Counted from the first letter of the stretch, positions 10,382 through 19,060 are shown. The stretch is 64,000 bases of DNA from Candidatus Woesebacteria bacterium (GCA_016700095.1 CP065002.1:780175-844174); one strand, 5' to 3'. Program-made: numbers and translations. The notes: a model not told the origin generated them from the letters alone.

Positions 10382-10984
10382 TTATCTGAGAAGTAAACTT
10401 GGAACTCTAAAACTCCATTTACTAACCCCGAATCTGCAGCTTGAAATTTTCTTTTTTGCTGATTTTAAGTCTACAAGATTTTCCAACGCTAATAAGTCAT
10501 TCATCCTTTGTGCTTCTTTAAACTTTACTATCCGTCCAATTGTATTATTTAATATTTTCTTTATTCCCCAGAGAACGTCTATATTTAATGTACTAAAAGA
10601 TACATTTTCAAAGTTAGATTTCGATAAGTACTTTGCAGGGATTTTAACCCAAATTTTAGGATACAAATCAAATTTTAATGTATCTCCCTCGTATTCAAAA
10701 TATGTAGACAATATCTCTATGGCAATACCGTCTTTCGAAAAGCGGAGATATCTCGACTTTGATTTTTTAACTAACGCTTTATAGAATGGCATTCTTTTAT
10801 CTATAAATGTACTCAACTTGAACCCAAGTCTTAACAAAGATTTTTTTACGTTCAAAACTTGTTCTTTGTCCATAATAATATCAATATCGTGTATTTGTCT
10901 TGTATAATTAATCTCATTTGTATAAGAGAGAGTTGCTACAGAACCCAATACCAAATACTTTTCTGATGGAATGTTGGAAATCAC
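10382..10984 (-). CDS. Nucleotidyltransferase-fold protein (pol-beta superfamily), unknown specificity
   Basis: LVLGSVATLSYTNEINYTRQIHDIDIIM fits the G[SG]-x(9-13)-DxD NTase signature. The cassette promoter TTTTGATATACT-N6 is followed by ATA rather than ATG. The ORF reads in frame from that ATA, and the first conventional start (GTG) is 13 codons downstream. This suggests a start-codon mutation or a GTG start. Confidence 0.4.
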   Translation of the reverse strand: MISNIPSEKYLVLGSVATLSYTNEINYTRQIHDIDIIMDKEQVLNVKKSLLRLGFKLSTFIDKRMPFYKALVKKSKSRYLRFSKDGIAIEILSTYFEYEGDTLKFDLYPKIWVKIPAKYLSKSNFENVSFSTLNIDVLWGIKKILNNTIGRIVKFKEAQRMNDLLALENLVDLKSAKKKISSCRFGVSKWSFRVPSLLLR

Positions 10985-11114
10985 TAGTTTTAAAACGTTT
11001 GCATAATCAGAGTTGTCTATTAGCGAAGTATATCAAAACTAAAGCATTGAGATAAGTTTGAGCTAGAACTAGTTATACAATAAACCATTAATTTCTGAGA
11101 CTAAAAATTGAAGC

Positions 11115-11164
11115 GGGCTAAATGCATTGTCCTGAGCATTGCCGAAGGGGGATGGGTTTAGAAC
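11115..11164 (+). repeat. R-A repeat copy 4 (gggctaaatgcattgtcctgagcattgccgaagggggatgggtttagaac)
   Basis: Followed by the conserved A-gene leader at 11165-11235. Confidence 0.8.
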
Positions 11165-11235
11165 CGGATTCGCCATTTAGACATACTACTTACCGATTTA
11201 TCTTGACCGAAAAGTTTTCATATGGGAATATGGGA

Positions 11236-11507
11236 TTATGAGTGATACAAAAATACTTCAAGCAATTCTTGATGGACAAGTTCAAATTCGTAAAGATATA
11301 AAGTATGTTGAAGAAAAACTTTCCAAAAAGATAGACGAGAATGGATCGAGAATAGATAAACTCGGATTACAGATTGCCGAGTTAGAAGATGACCTGCCCG
11401 CAATGCTAAAAGCATAGCTTCTGCAGGCGGGTGCTCCAACAATCGAGGAATTTGATGAACTGGAAAAAAGAGTAGAAAAAGTGGAAAAGAAAATCGCTTC
11501 TTTGTAA
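11236..11507 (+). pseudogene. Small coiled-coil paralog A3, disrupted by a 39-nt palindromic insertion
   Basis: Identical to A4 for 33 codons. An insertion (ctgcccgcaatgctaaaagcatagcttctgcaggcgggt) introduces a TAG codon. The C-terminal part APTIEEFDELEKRVEKVEKKIASL continues in frame with the N-terminal segment downstream of the TAG. Confidence 0.6.
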
Positions 11508-11573
11508 AAGTATTTCTTTACTTCAGATTGATAATTACAAAGTGACTTAGTGAACTATCTTAAGATCTTCCTT

Positions 11574-12401
11574 TTAATATTTCTCAAATGAAAGCGTATC
11601 AAAAAAATGTTCTAATTCAACAAACGCCGCTTCGAGTCTCATGTTTAATTCTTTCTCGTCTATATCAAAATAATCTACTTCTTTACTAAGTGTAAAAAAA
11701 ACTTGCCTATTACTTTCGCTGTTAATTGTATGAAACTCCATTCTTACGCCACATACAGACTTTGGACACGCTTTATATTTTTTGATTACATTTATACCAA
11801 CATCATTTATATATGTTTTATCAGGTGAGATGTTTTCTGGGATTCTCCAAGAAACATATTTTTCACCAGACACGAAAGGTCCACCCTCGTAGCCATCTAA
11901 AATTGGGAAATCATAATAAACACCTGAAGGTGATCTTGTGTTTAGTAATCTATTGGGCAATAGGGGAAGTTCCACTTCATTTTTACTTGGATCAATACCG
12001 ATAGTCCAACTATTAACGCTTATATTACTCTTTAAATATATTTGCCTTTTTGTAATTATTGCTCCGCTATATTTATATTCAGTTTTCTCCATACTTACAT
12101 CCACAAATTGTGGCGAATAAATTCCGAAGTCTGTGAAACTATATATTTGTTCATGAGGTTGACTCATCTCAGCAAGATTTCTAGGCATAATCGCTGATGG
12201 TTGGTTGATTGTTTGCTCATCATTGTCCCAAGGTCGTCTGGAAAATGTAGAACTTTTTAGTGTATTCTCCACTTTTTGAAGAAATATATATGAAACTAAA
12301 ACAAACGTAAATACTCCCATAGTCAATAAAATAATAGGTATCAAGTGAATATTTTTAGATTTAGACTTTGATAGCCTGAATAATTTGTTAACTTTCGGCA
12401 T
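11574..12401 (-). CDS. Hypothetical secreted/membrane-anchored protein (275 aa)
   Basis: N-terminal TM/signal (IHLIPIILLTMGVFTFVLV). TTTTGATATACT-N6-ATG promoter. Confidence 0.5.
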   Translation of the reverse strand: MPKVNKLFRLSKSKSKNIHLIPIILLTMGVFTFVLVSYIFLQKVENTLKSSTFSRRPWDNDEQTINQPSAIMPRNLAEMSQPHEQIYSFTDFGIYSPQFVDVSMEKTEYKYSGAIITKRQIYLKSNISVNSWTIGIDPSKNEVELPLLPNRLLNTRSPSGVYYDFPILDGYEGGPFVSGEKYVSWRIPENISPDKTYINDVGINVIKKYKACPKSVCGVRMEFHTINSESNRQVFFTLSKEVDYFDIDEKELNMRLEAAFVELEHFFDTLSFEKY

Positions 12402-12434
12402 TTTTATAGTATATCAAAAGCGAAAAATCATGGC

Positions 12435-12491
12435 GTGCTAAATGCCCTGCCATTCTGAAATTTCAATGTAAGGTGGGAATGAGTTTAGAAC
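12435..12491 (+). repeat. R-A repeat copy 5 (gtgctaaatgccctgccattctgaaatttcaatgtaaggtgggaatgagtttagaac)
   Basis: Followed by the A-gene leader at 12492-12563. Confidence 0.8.
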
Positions 12492-12563
12492 CGGATTCGC
12501 CATTTAGACATACTACTGCCCATTCATCTTGACCGAAAAGTTTTCATATGGGAATATGGGATT

Positions 12564-12797
12564 ATGAGTGATACAAAAATACTTCAAGCAATTCTTGATG
12601 GACAAGTTCAAATTCGTAAAGATATAAAGTATGTTGAAGAAAAACTTTCCAAAAAGATTGACAAAAATGGATCAAGAATAAATAAACTTGGATTACAGAT
12701 TGCTGAGCTAGAAGACGGTGCACCAACGGTTGACGAATTTGATCAGCTTGTCGAGAGAGTAGATAAGGTTGAGAAAAAAGTAGCTACATTTCAGTAA
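12564..12797 (+). CDS. Small coiled-coil protein, paralog A4
   Basis: 77 aa. Intact counterpart of A3. Confidence 0.6.
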   Translation: MSDTKILQAILDGQVQIRKDIKYVEEKLSKKIDKNGSRINKLGLQIAELEDGAPTVDEFDQLVERVDKVEKKVATFQ

Positions 12798-12827
12798 ACT
12801 CTAATTTATCTTTTATAAAAATCATGA

Positions 12828-12922
12828 CGGGTAAAATACCCTGCCATTCTGAAATTCTAATGAAAGATGGGGGTGAGTAAAAAACCGGTTTGGCTATATA
12901 ATCCCCACTCTTACTCACTTTT
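12828..12922 (+). repeat. Composite repeat: R-A-like fragment (gggtaaaataccctgccattctgaaattctaatgaaag) plus R-C copy 2
   Basis: The R-C part (12867-12922) is near-identical to 8141-8196 and overlaps the stop codon of the 12915..13862 gene. Confidence 0.7.
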
Positions 12923-13862
12923 TGTGTTTTATTAAAGAATGTACTTTCGATAGATCTCGACCTGGCAACATGAGAGTTAGATCATATTCACCAGCTTTTA
13001 GAGTATTAGAATTTTCAAGCAATCTATCACCATATGGTGATTTTTGTGTTTCAATTGCTACCGGTTCTGTTACACCAAGGTCAGCTAAGCCCTGTAAAAA
13101 TCCAGTGTCAACAAGCTTTACGCGACTATCACTGTTTTCCACGCATTCTGTTGTTAAAGAATTAACAGTCAAAACATTGCCTGCATATCTTTTTTCAAGA
13201 AGACCTGCAACGCTGGTTTTTATTGGACCGGGTATCTCTGGTTGACCAACGAAGTGTGGTTTTACTGTCTGCATCGGCATTCTGTATGCATGTGCTCGAC
13301 CTGCGATTAATATATGCACCCCTTCCACTTTGTTTCCGAGTATGTTTTCTACTCTAGTAATCCAATCTGCGTCTCTGTCAGTTTTTGATTTATCATCAAT
13401 AAAAACGACCTCAACACCGAGTTCGTAACACTTACTTACGAGTTGTAGCTTATAGTTGTGTCCGATAGAGTCTTTACGTAGACTATCTCTAGTTAGGTAG
13501 TCTTTTAAGGATTCTGGCATTACTCCTGTTTTGAGATAAGCTCTCAAATTTTCTGATTGGCTTTCGTCTTCTTCTAAAAAAACTGTTTTAAGGTCATGTT
13601 TTTTCGCAACACTTTCAACAAGTTCCACTTCATGCATCAGCGTTCCCTCGCCGTGATGATGTGCTTCTCCATATACAACAATTCCATTCCCGTCATGCAC
13701 ATCTATCCAATTCACAATTGCATCTGTCGGATTTTGCAGTACTTCTCTTCGGAGTGGAGGGTATGGAATTGAATTTTCTTTAGCAGTGACTAATTGTCTA
13801 ACTATTTCAGGTATTACAATTGCGTACTGAAGTTGTGGTTCTAAATCAGTTACTTCGTTCAT
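12915..13862 (-). CDS. Hypothetical protein, possibly ChaN/TraB/Tiki-like (GxxH motifs: YGEAHHHGEG, IAGRAHAY)
   Basis: 315 aa. The two His-containing glycine motifs resemble the haem-binding-uptake/Tiki superfamily. The assignment is weak. TTTTTGATATAAT-N6-ATG promoter. Confidence 0.3.
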   Translation of the reverse strand: MNEVTDLEPQLQYAIVIPEIVRQLVTAKENSIPYPPLRREVLQNPTDAIVNWIDVHDGNGIVVYGEAHHHGEGTLMHEVELVESVAKKHDLKTVFLEEDESQSENLRAYLKTGVMPESLKDYLTRDSLRKDSIGHNYKLQLVSKCYELGVEVVFIDDKSKTDRDADWITRVENILGNKVEGVHILIAGRAHAYRMPMQTVKPHFVGQPEIPGPIKTSVAGLLEKRYAGNVLTVNSLTTECVENSDSRVKLVDTGFLQGLADLGVTEPVAIETQKSPYGDRLLENSNTLKAGEYDLTLMLPGRDLSKVHSLIKHKK

Positions 13863-13884
13863 AACTAAATTATATCAAAAAGGG

Positions 13885-13931
13885 GCTGGACTTAGTGCCT
13901 GCCCGCCACTGGAGGGAACGATGTTTGAAAC
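13885..13931 (+). repeat. R-B repeat copy 3 (gctggacttagtgcctgcccgccactggagggaacgatgtttgaaac)
   Basis: Separates the ChaN-like cassette from the ahcY cassette. Confidence 0.8.
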
Positions 13932-13994
13932 TGTTATTCTTCAGTGACATACACAAGTTTTGTACAATTATAGGTAAAATGTGTAAAATACCTC

Positions 13995-15302
13995 ATGGAC
14001 TATTACGTTAAAGACATTTCACTTGCAGAAAAAGGTAAAAAGGCTGTTGAGATCTCATTGATGGACATGCCAGGTTTAGAGGAGTTGGCTAGATTGTATG
14101 AAGATAAAAAACCACTAAACGGAATTAAAATCACAGGTTGTGTAATAGTAACCTATGAAACGGCAGCATTTATACTGCTTCTAAAAAAATTAGGTGCAGA
14201 TCTCCGTTGGTGCTCAGATAATAAGTATGCCTCACTAGACGATGCCTGTGCTTTTGTTGCTTCAAAAGGTATACCTATCTTTGCAACAAGCGAACTAACA
14301 GATGAAAAATATGAGTGGTGCTTTGAACAAGCTGCTAAATTTAAAGACAAAAACGGGAATACAGTTTGGCCAGATATCACAATTGATGATGGATGCGATA
14401 TCACTCGATTCTTACACGAAAAGTACCCAGAAGCATATGAAACAATATTGGGCACTTGCGAACAGACAACCTGTGGAGTTAACGCCCATTATAATTTAAA
14501 AGGGGAAAAAAGACTGAATACGGCAGTTATAAACGTGAATGAATCTGTTACTAAATCTAAGTTCGACAATATCTATGGAAGTAGAGAGTCGTTAATTGAG
14601 GGTCTTCAGTCAAGTATAAATTTACAGATTGGCGGAAAAAAGACTGTAATTTATGGATATGGTGAAGTAGGAAAAGGGTGTGCAAAAGTACTTCGAGGTT
14701 TGGGGGCAAACGTTCACATCGTGGAAATTGATCCCATAATTGCCATGCAGGCATATATGGAAGGTTTTAGTGTAGTAAATAGAAACGAGGCTGCTGAGAT
14801 TGGAGAGATATTCGTGACCGCAACAGGATGTGTTAAGACAGTTGCAAGAGAAGATCTTCAAAAAATGAATGACGGAGCTGTACTTATGAATATGGGTCAT
14901 GGAAATATGGAAATAGATACAGATTACCTTCTTCGATCTAGGGAACATATTGTCGAAAAAATAAGCGATAATTTACAAAAGATAACGTTAAGTCCAGACA
15001 AACGACTTTATTTACTTGCGGAGGGGTATTTAGTAAACCTCGTTGGTGGTGACGGGCATCCACCAAGAGTAATGAGTATTACATATACCAATCATATTCT
15101 TGCAATATTGGATTTATTAGGTAACAAAGGGAAATATAAAAAGGGAGAAATATATCGTTTACCAAGAGAATTAGACGAGAAGGCAGCCAGACTCAACTTC
15201 CCTGGCATTAGTGGCAAGTTGACTATACTTACTGACGAACAGGAAAAGTATCTCGGCGTTAAGAAAACAGGACCTTATAAACGAGAAGATTACAGATACT
15301 AA
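13995..15302 (+). CDS. ahcY: Adenosylhomocysteinase (S-adenosyl-L-homocysteine hydrolase)
   Basis: Full-length match to the AHCY architecture. The NAD-binding motif GYGEVGKGCA and the substrate domain (KPLNGIKITGC) are present. Confidence 0.9.
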   Translation: MDYYVKDISLAEKGKKAVEISLMDMPGLEELARLYEDKKPLNGIKITGCVIVTYETAAFILLLKKLGADLRWCSDNKYASLDDACAFVASKGIPIFATSELTDEKYEWCFEQAAKFKDKNGNTVWPDITIDDGCDITRFLHEKYPEAYETILGTCEQTTCGVNAHYNLKGEKRLNTAVINVNESVTKSKFDNIYGSRESLIEGLQSSINLQIGGKKTVIYGYGEVGKGCAKVLRGLGANVHIVEIDPIIAMQAYMEGFSVVNRNEAAEIGEIFVTATGCVKTVAREDLQKMNDGAVLMNMGHGNMEIDTDYLLRSREHIVEKISDNLQKITLSPDKRLYLLAEGYLVNLVGGDGHPPRVMSITYTNHILAILDLLGNKGKYKKGEIYRLPRELDEKAARLNFPGISGKLTILTDEQEKYLGVKKTGPYKREDYRY

Positions 15303-15337
15303 TACAAGACAATAAAAAGTTCGTAATTATGACCTTT

Positions 15338-15384
15338 GCGGGACTTAGTGCCTGCCCGCTTTTAGAGGGAACGATGTTCGAACC
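15338..15384 (+). repeat. R-B repeat copy 4; left end of duplication copy 2 (15338-16811)
   Basis: Identical to copy 1 at 8905. Confidence 0.85.
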
Positions 15385-15398
15385 TATTTACATAAGTA

Positions 15399-15884
15399 TT
15401 AGCAAAAACCTCTCAGATATTTTTCGATTGTACCTAATCCCATTTCTTTTCGAAGTCTATTTAATTTCTTCTTATCTGTTACTTGATATAATTCCCATCT
15501 ATTAGTCTTTTTGTCAAATGACACTTGTGTACCATAAATCTGCCTTTTCCCTTCATACATTAAAATTCTATCAGTTAAAAATGCTATATTTTTTAGGGCA
15601 ATGTCATTTTTGTGTTTCAGCATCATTTTGAGATAAGCTTTTTGGAATTTCAAATCGGGTGAGTGTTGTACCAAAAGCCATGCATTACACGAAGCCTTCT
15701 TGCCCACTTTTGAGATAGTTGGCAGTCCGATATCTGCGACTATGCTCTTTAATCTTTTGGTGTTTTCTCTATCAACTTTATTTATTTTATCCCAAAGTGT
15801 TTTTGAATCTTCGCTTTCCAACTTTTTTCTCAGCTCTTGGTCAATTTTAGCCAAATCATTTATTTCAGCAGCATGCCATTTCAT
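15399..15884 (-). CDS. Hypothetical protein (161 aa), duplicated gene copy 2
   Basis: Identical to 8966..9451. Confidence 0.5.
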   Translation of the reverse strand: MKWHAAEINDLAKIDQELRKKLESEDSKTLWDKINKVDRENTKRLKSIVADIGLPTISKVGKKASCNAWLLVQHSPDLKFQKAYLKMMLKHKNDIALKNIAFLTDRILMYEGKRQIYGTQVSFDKKTNRWELYQVTDKKKLNRLRKEMGLGTIEKYLRGFC

Positions 15885-16012
15885 ACTTGAAGTATATCAA
15901 AAGCAATTAAGAGCGGAACTCATCACACAAGCAACTTGAGAGCGTAGTTGTTGTTTGCAAATAAACAGTGAGGTTTTTGTTTATCCGGCAAACAGTGCTA
16001 CACTGAATAACA

Positions 16013-16678
16013 ATGAGGAAGGGCTTTGTCCATCTTTTGACACCAATTGTTCTTGTTTTGATTGTTGTAGGTGCACTTTTTTATCTTAACAGAAATAAAT
16101 CTAATCCAGATAAATTAACTGATATTCAAAACGATACTGAGATGGTTGTTGAGAAAACGGACATTGACCCACAACCCGAAACCACTACGCCAACTGGTCA
16201 AAGTGTCAAGTTACCAAAAACAGTTAAACCATCACCAACCGCTGCACAGAACTCATCAAACAGTAATACTAACACAAAACAAAATCCAACTAGCACTAGC
16301 ACCCCAGCACCTACTTCTACACAAATAATTACTAGTTCGCCAGCAACACCACCCACGACTGCCCCAAAGAATCAGATGGGATATGTATTTAGTAAAAACT
16401 CGATTGACACTGTCGTAAATAACACCGGTCAAGTGTATGGAGTACTTTCATTCACTTCTACAGGATCCACAAGTTTTCTGTTTTCAGGTACACCACAGTA
16501 TCAGGGAGGCATAAATTGGCGTCCAGCCTCAGGAGCAAACTATGCAGGCCAAACAATACAACTAGAGATACAAGTGTTTAGCAACGTTCCTGAAGGTGTT
16601 TATGAAGGAACAATGACCTTTACTGACAAAACTACGGGAATAACAAAAGATTTCTCTACGAAACTCACCGTTCTGTAG
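16013..16678 (+). CDS. Thr/Pro/Ser-rich cell-surface protein (N-terminal TM anchor, low-complexity stalk, about 100-aa C-terminal globular domain)
   Basis: MRKGFVHLLTPIVLVLIVVGALF forms the anchor. The linker is of the form TTTPTGQSV...PATPPTTAPK. The intact copy has T6 at 16077-16082. Confidence 0.55.
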   Translation: MRKGFVHLLTPIVLVLIVVGALFYLNRNKSNPDKLTDIQNDTEMVVEKTDIDPQPETTTPTGQSVKLPKTVKPSPTAAQNSSNSNTNTKQNPTSTSTPAPTSTQIITSSPATPPTTAPKNQMGYVFSKNSIDTVVNNTGQVYGVLSFTSTGSTSFLFSGTPQYQGGINWRPASGANYAGQTIQLEIQVFSNVPEGVYEGTMTFTDKTTGITKDFSTKLTVL

Positions 16679-16759
16679 CCAGTCTGATATTCGCACCGCA
16701 GTCGAACAAACAAGATGTAAAACCTTCCTCATATTTTGGCAAATCGTGAACTAAAGTTG

Positions 16760-16806
16760 GCATGGCTTAGTGCCTGTCCGCCTTTGGATGGAACGATGTT
16801 TGAAAC
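16760..16806 (+). repeat. R-B repeat copy 5 (right end of duplication copy 2)
   Basis: Same family as 10326-10372. Confidence 0.8.
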
Positions 16807-16820
16807 TGGTATGTCCAGAA

Positions 16821-17084
16821 CTAGTAACCAAAGAGTAATATACTTTTTGCTTTGAAGTGTCTCTTTACTTCCTTACGGGTGAAAAAGTATAACTCAAAGG
16901 AATTAAAGAGTAGGATAAATACTTTTACAATTAATTCCTTAATATTTTCTGGGAAGGTGAATAATTGGCTAATTAACCCAAGTGAAGCTAAAAAGAATAT
17001 TACAGAAACAACCCAAGGCTTTCTCTGATTGAGTCCCATATATATTGATCCTCCCATAATTATTCCCAATACGCCCGTCAACAA
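16821..17084 (-). CDS. Small membrane protein (87 aa)
   Basis: Two or three hydrophobic helices. Low information. Confidence 0.3.
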   Translation of the reverse strand: MLTGVLGIIMGGSIYMGLNQRKPWVVSVIFFLASLGLISQLFTFPENIKELIVKVFILLFNSFELYFFTRKEVKRHFKAKSILLFGY

Positions 17085-17321
17085 ACTAATTCCGAAGTAG
17101 AATGAGCTGCAATAGAAATAATACCAAAACAGAACATGAACAGGTAGAATGCACGTATAACTTTTAATAACTTATCAATAGCATTTTCAGAGAGTTTCAT
17201 AACTCGTATTTCGTATATCAAGAATAATTGGTCCCAACAAGATATACATTCCTGAGACTAATAATCGAAACAGGCTTTAGTAGATCAGATTGATAACCTT
17301 TATTTTTTGCCATACCTAAAT

Positions 17322-18029
17322 TTAAGTATATTTAGTCCCAAGCAATGCGATTATCGAAACTAATAGTGATACAAGCAGAACGAATCTGGTAAACTCCCAG
17401 AGGTATATTGGCATTGACTTTATTTTCTTCCAAATAAAATAAAACAGACCAGCTATTAATCCTACGCCAACTGAGAAGACCATACCTCCAATTATTTGTG
17501 CAAAAAATATATATATGCAGAAAATCAACTCTCTCTCACAAATTAGGATTGATCTGACACTTACCTCAGTAACAAGGACTCCTATTAGAGCAACCATAAG
17601 TAGCAAAAACAATGATTGCCCTTTATAGACATTATCTCGTTCAGTTCTTTTAAATTTTAATGTACTACCAGCTTTATCATGATTTATTGTAATATGATAT
17701 GAATATACAGTAAGCGGGATATTAAAAAGTAATACTGGTATGATGTCGATTCCATACCCATCTACAAAACTTAATATACTGCTAAACCATAAGAAAACTA
17801 CTACTAGAGTTATATAAACTTTCGATAGTTTATATTTTGAGAACCTTAGAGCAGCAACTAAAATTATAAATATAAAAGACCCTACGAGAGAATAAAGCAC
17901 AAATATAGAGTCTTGATCTAATATATTTAAAGAAAAATAACTACCGAGAAATAATATGACAGAAAGTATAGAAGAAAAATATGAAAGATTCTTAGATGAT
18001 TTTTCTAAATCCATATAAAAGAATAACAC
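17322..18029 (-). CDS. Polytopic membrane protein (about 7 TM), unknown function
   Basis: Hydrophobic helices throughout. The annotated start is GTG, and the internal ATG at 18014 is a possible alternative. Confidence 0.45.
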   Translation of the reverse strand: MLFFYMDLEKSSKNLSYFSSILSVILFLGSYFSLNILDQDSIFVLYSLVGSFIFIILVAALRFSKYKLSKVYITLVVVFLWFSSILSFVDGYGIDIIPVLLFNIPLTVYSYHITINHDKAGSTLKFKRTERDNVYKGQSLFLLLMVALIGVLVTEVSVRSILICERELIFCIYIFFAQIIGGMVFSVGVGLIAGLFYFIWKKIKSMPIYLWEFTRFVLLVSLLVSIIALLGTKYT

Positions 18030-18074
18030 ATTTTCTTTATTTGGTACTATAAAATAGAAGATAAAAAATCTTAG

Positions 18075-18120
18075 CGGGACTTAGTGGATGCCCGCCTCTG
18101 GAGGGAACGATGTTCGAACC
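18075..18120 (+). repeat. R-B repeat copy 6 (gcgggacttagtggatgcccgcctctggagggaacgatgttcgaacc)
   Basis: Same family as 8905-8951. Confidence 0.8.
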
Positions 18121-18156
18121 TGTTTTATGTGAATTAATACACAGCAAAAAAAAGCT

Positions 18157-18891
18157 TCATTTCTTTTCAAACACAAGCATTTGAGATAAAGTTACATTCT
18201 TTTCTTTTAGCTTTTGGTGTTTTTCGTAAGCTTCTGTTAAATACTTACTCGGTTTCATGTTAATCTGATTTTTAAGAATGAATCCATTTTTATTAGCAGA
18301 GTCGATATATGCTTTTGGATCTCTTACAATGTCAGCTATGGTCCCTGTCTTTCTGTAAGCTCTGATTATAAAAGTGTTATATTTATCACCCTTTAGATAT
18401 TCAATGTCTTTTCTCACACCTTCTTTGGGTCGTTTAGCATATTCAGGATCCGAAATAATTGCGATAAACATTCCACCACTTTTTAGATATTCTGAGATCT
18501 TCTCAAACGCACCATCTAAATCTTCAACGTGGGTCAAAACATAAAGTGCAATAGCAGTATCAAAAGATTCTTTCTCGGGATAAAAAAAATCTTGTAAACT
18601 AGATTCTATTAACTCAATATCAAAATTTTCTTTAGCTAGCTTTACGTTGTTTGATGAAGGATCAAAACCAACAGCCTCTCTTGCCCCCTTTTCTTTTACA
18701 TATTTAACTAACCACCCACTGCCAGCACCTATGTCTAAAACTGTTTTGTCTTTCCATTTGGGGTGTACTTTTTCAATCCAATAAAGAAAATGTTTTCGGT
18801 GGGGATCATCTAGACCTTTCACTCCTTCATATTTAACATCCTTGCGATCATACTGCTTAGGGTCAGTGGCAATATTCAACAACTTTGTCAT
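18157..18891 (-). CDS. Class I SAM-dependent methyltransferase (small-molecule type)
   Basis: Motif I (VLDIGAGSGWL), motif II (AVGFDPS) and post-I residues are present. TTCTGATATAAT-N6-ATG promoter. Confidence 0.7.
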   Translation of the reverse strand: MTKLLNIATDPKQYDRKDVKYEGVKGLDDPHRKHFLYWIEKVHPKWKDKTVLDIGAGSGWLVKYVKEKGAREAVGFDPSSNNVKLAKENFDIELIESSLQDFFYPEKESFDTAIALYVLTHVEDLDGAFEKISEYLKSGGMFIAIISDPEYAKRPKEGVRKDIEYLKGDKYNTFIIRAYRKTGTIADIVRDPKAYIDSANKNGFILKNQINMKPSKYLTEAYEKHQKLKEKNVTLSQMLVFEKK

Positions 18892-18925
18892 GAATAAATT
18901 ATATCAGAAGTAAAAAATCGTGGCA

Positions 18926-18974
18926 GGCTAAATGCATTGTCCTGAGCATTGCCGAAGGGGGATGAGTTTAGAAC
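18926..18974 (+). repeat. R-A repeat copy 8 (ggctaaatgcattgtcctgagcattgccgaagggggatgagtttagaac)
   Basis: Upstream of the methyltransferase start. No A gene is attached. Confidence 0.8.
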
Positions 18975-19060
18975 TTCACACTTTATTTAATCCTTGTATT
19001 ATTTCACCTTTACTATCATATTAAATATAGAATTAGGGTATATAGTAAATAGGAATTAAT

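Noticed and set aside
12922-13245. 107-aa plus-strand ORF antisense to the ChaN-like gene; similar antisense ORFs inside ileS (40138..40587), ftsA (43656..44198), murG (46037..46486) and others
   Set aside because: They lie entirely within longer, well-supported genes on the opposite strand. Their composition is low-complexity or unusual and they have no promoter context, so they are treated as spurious.
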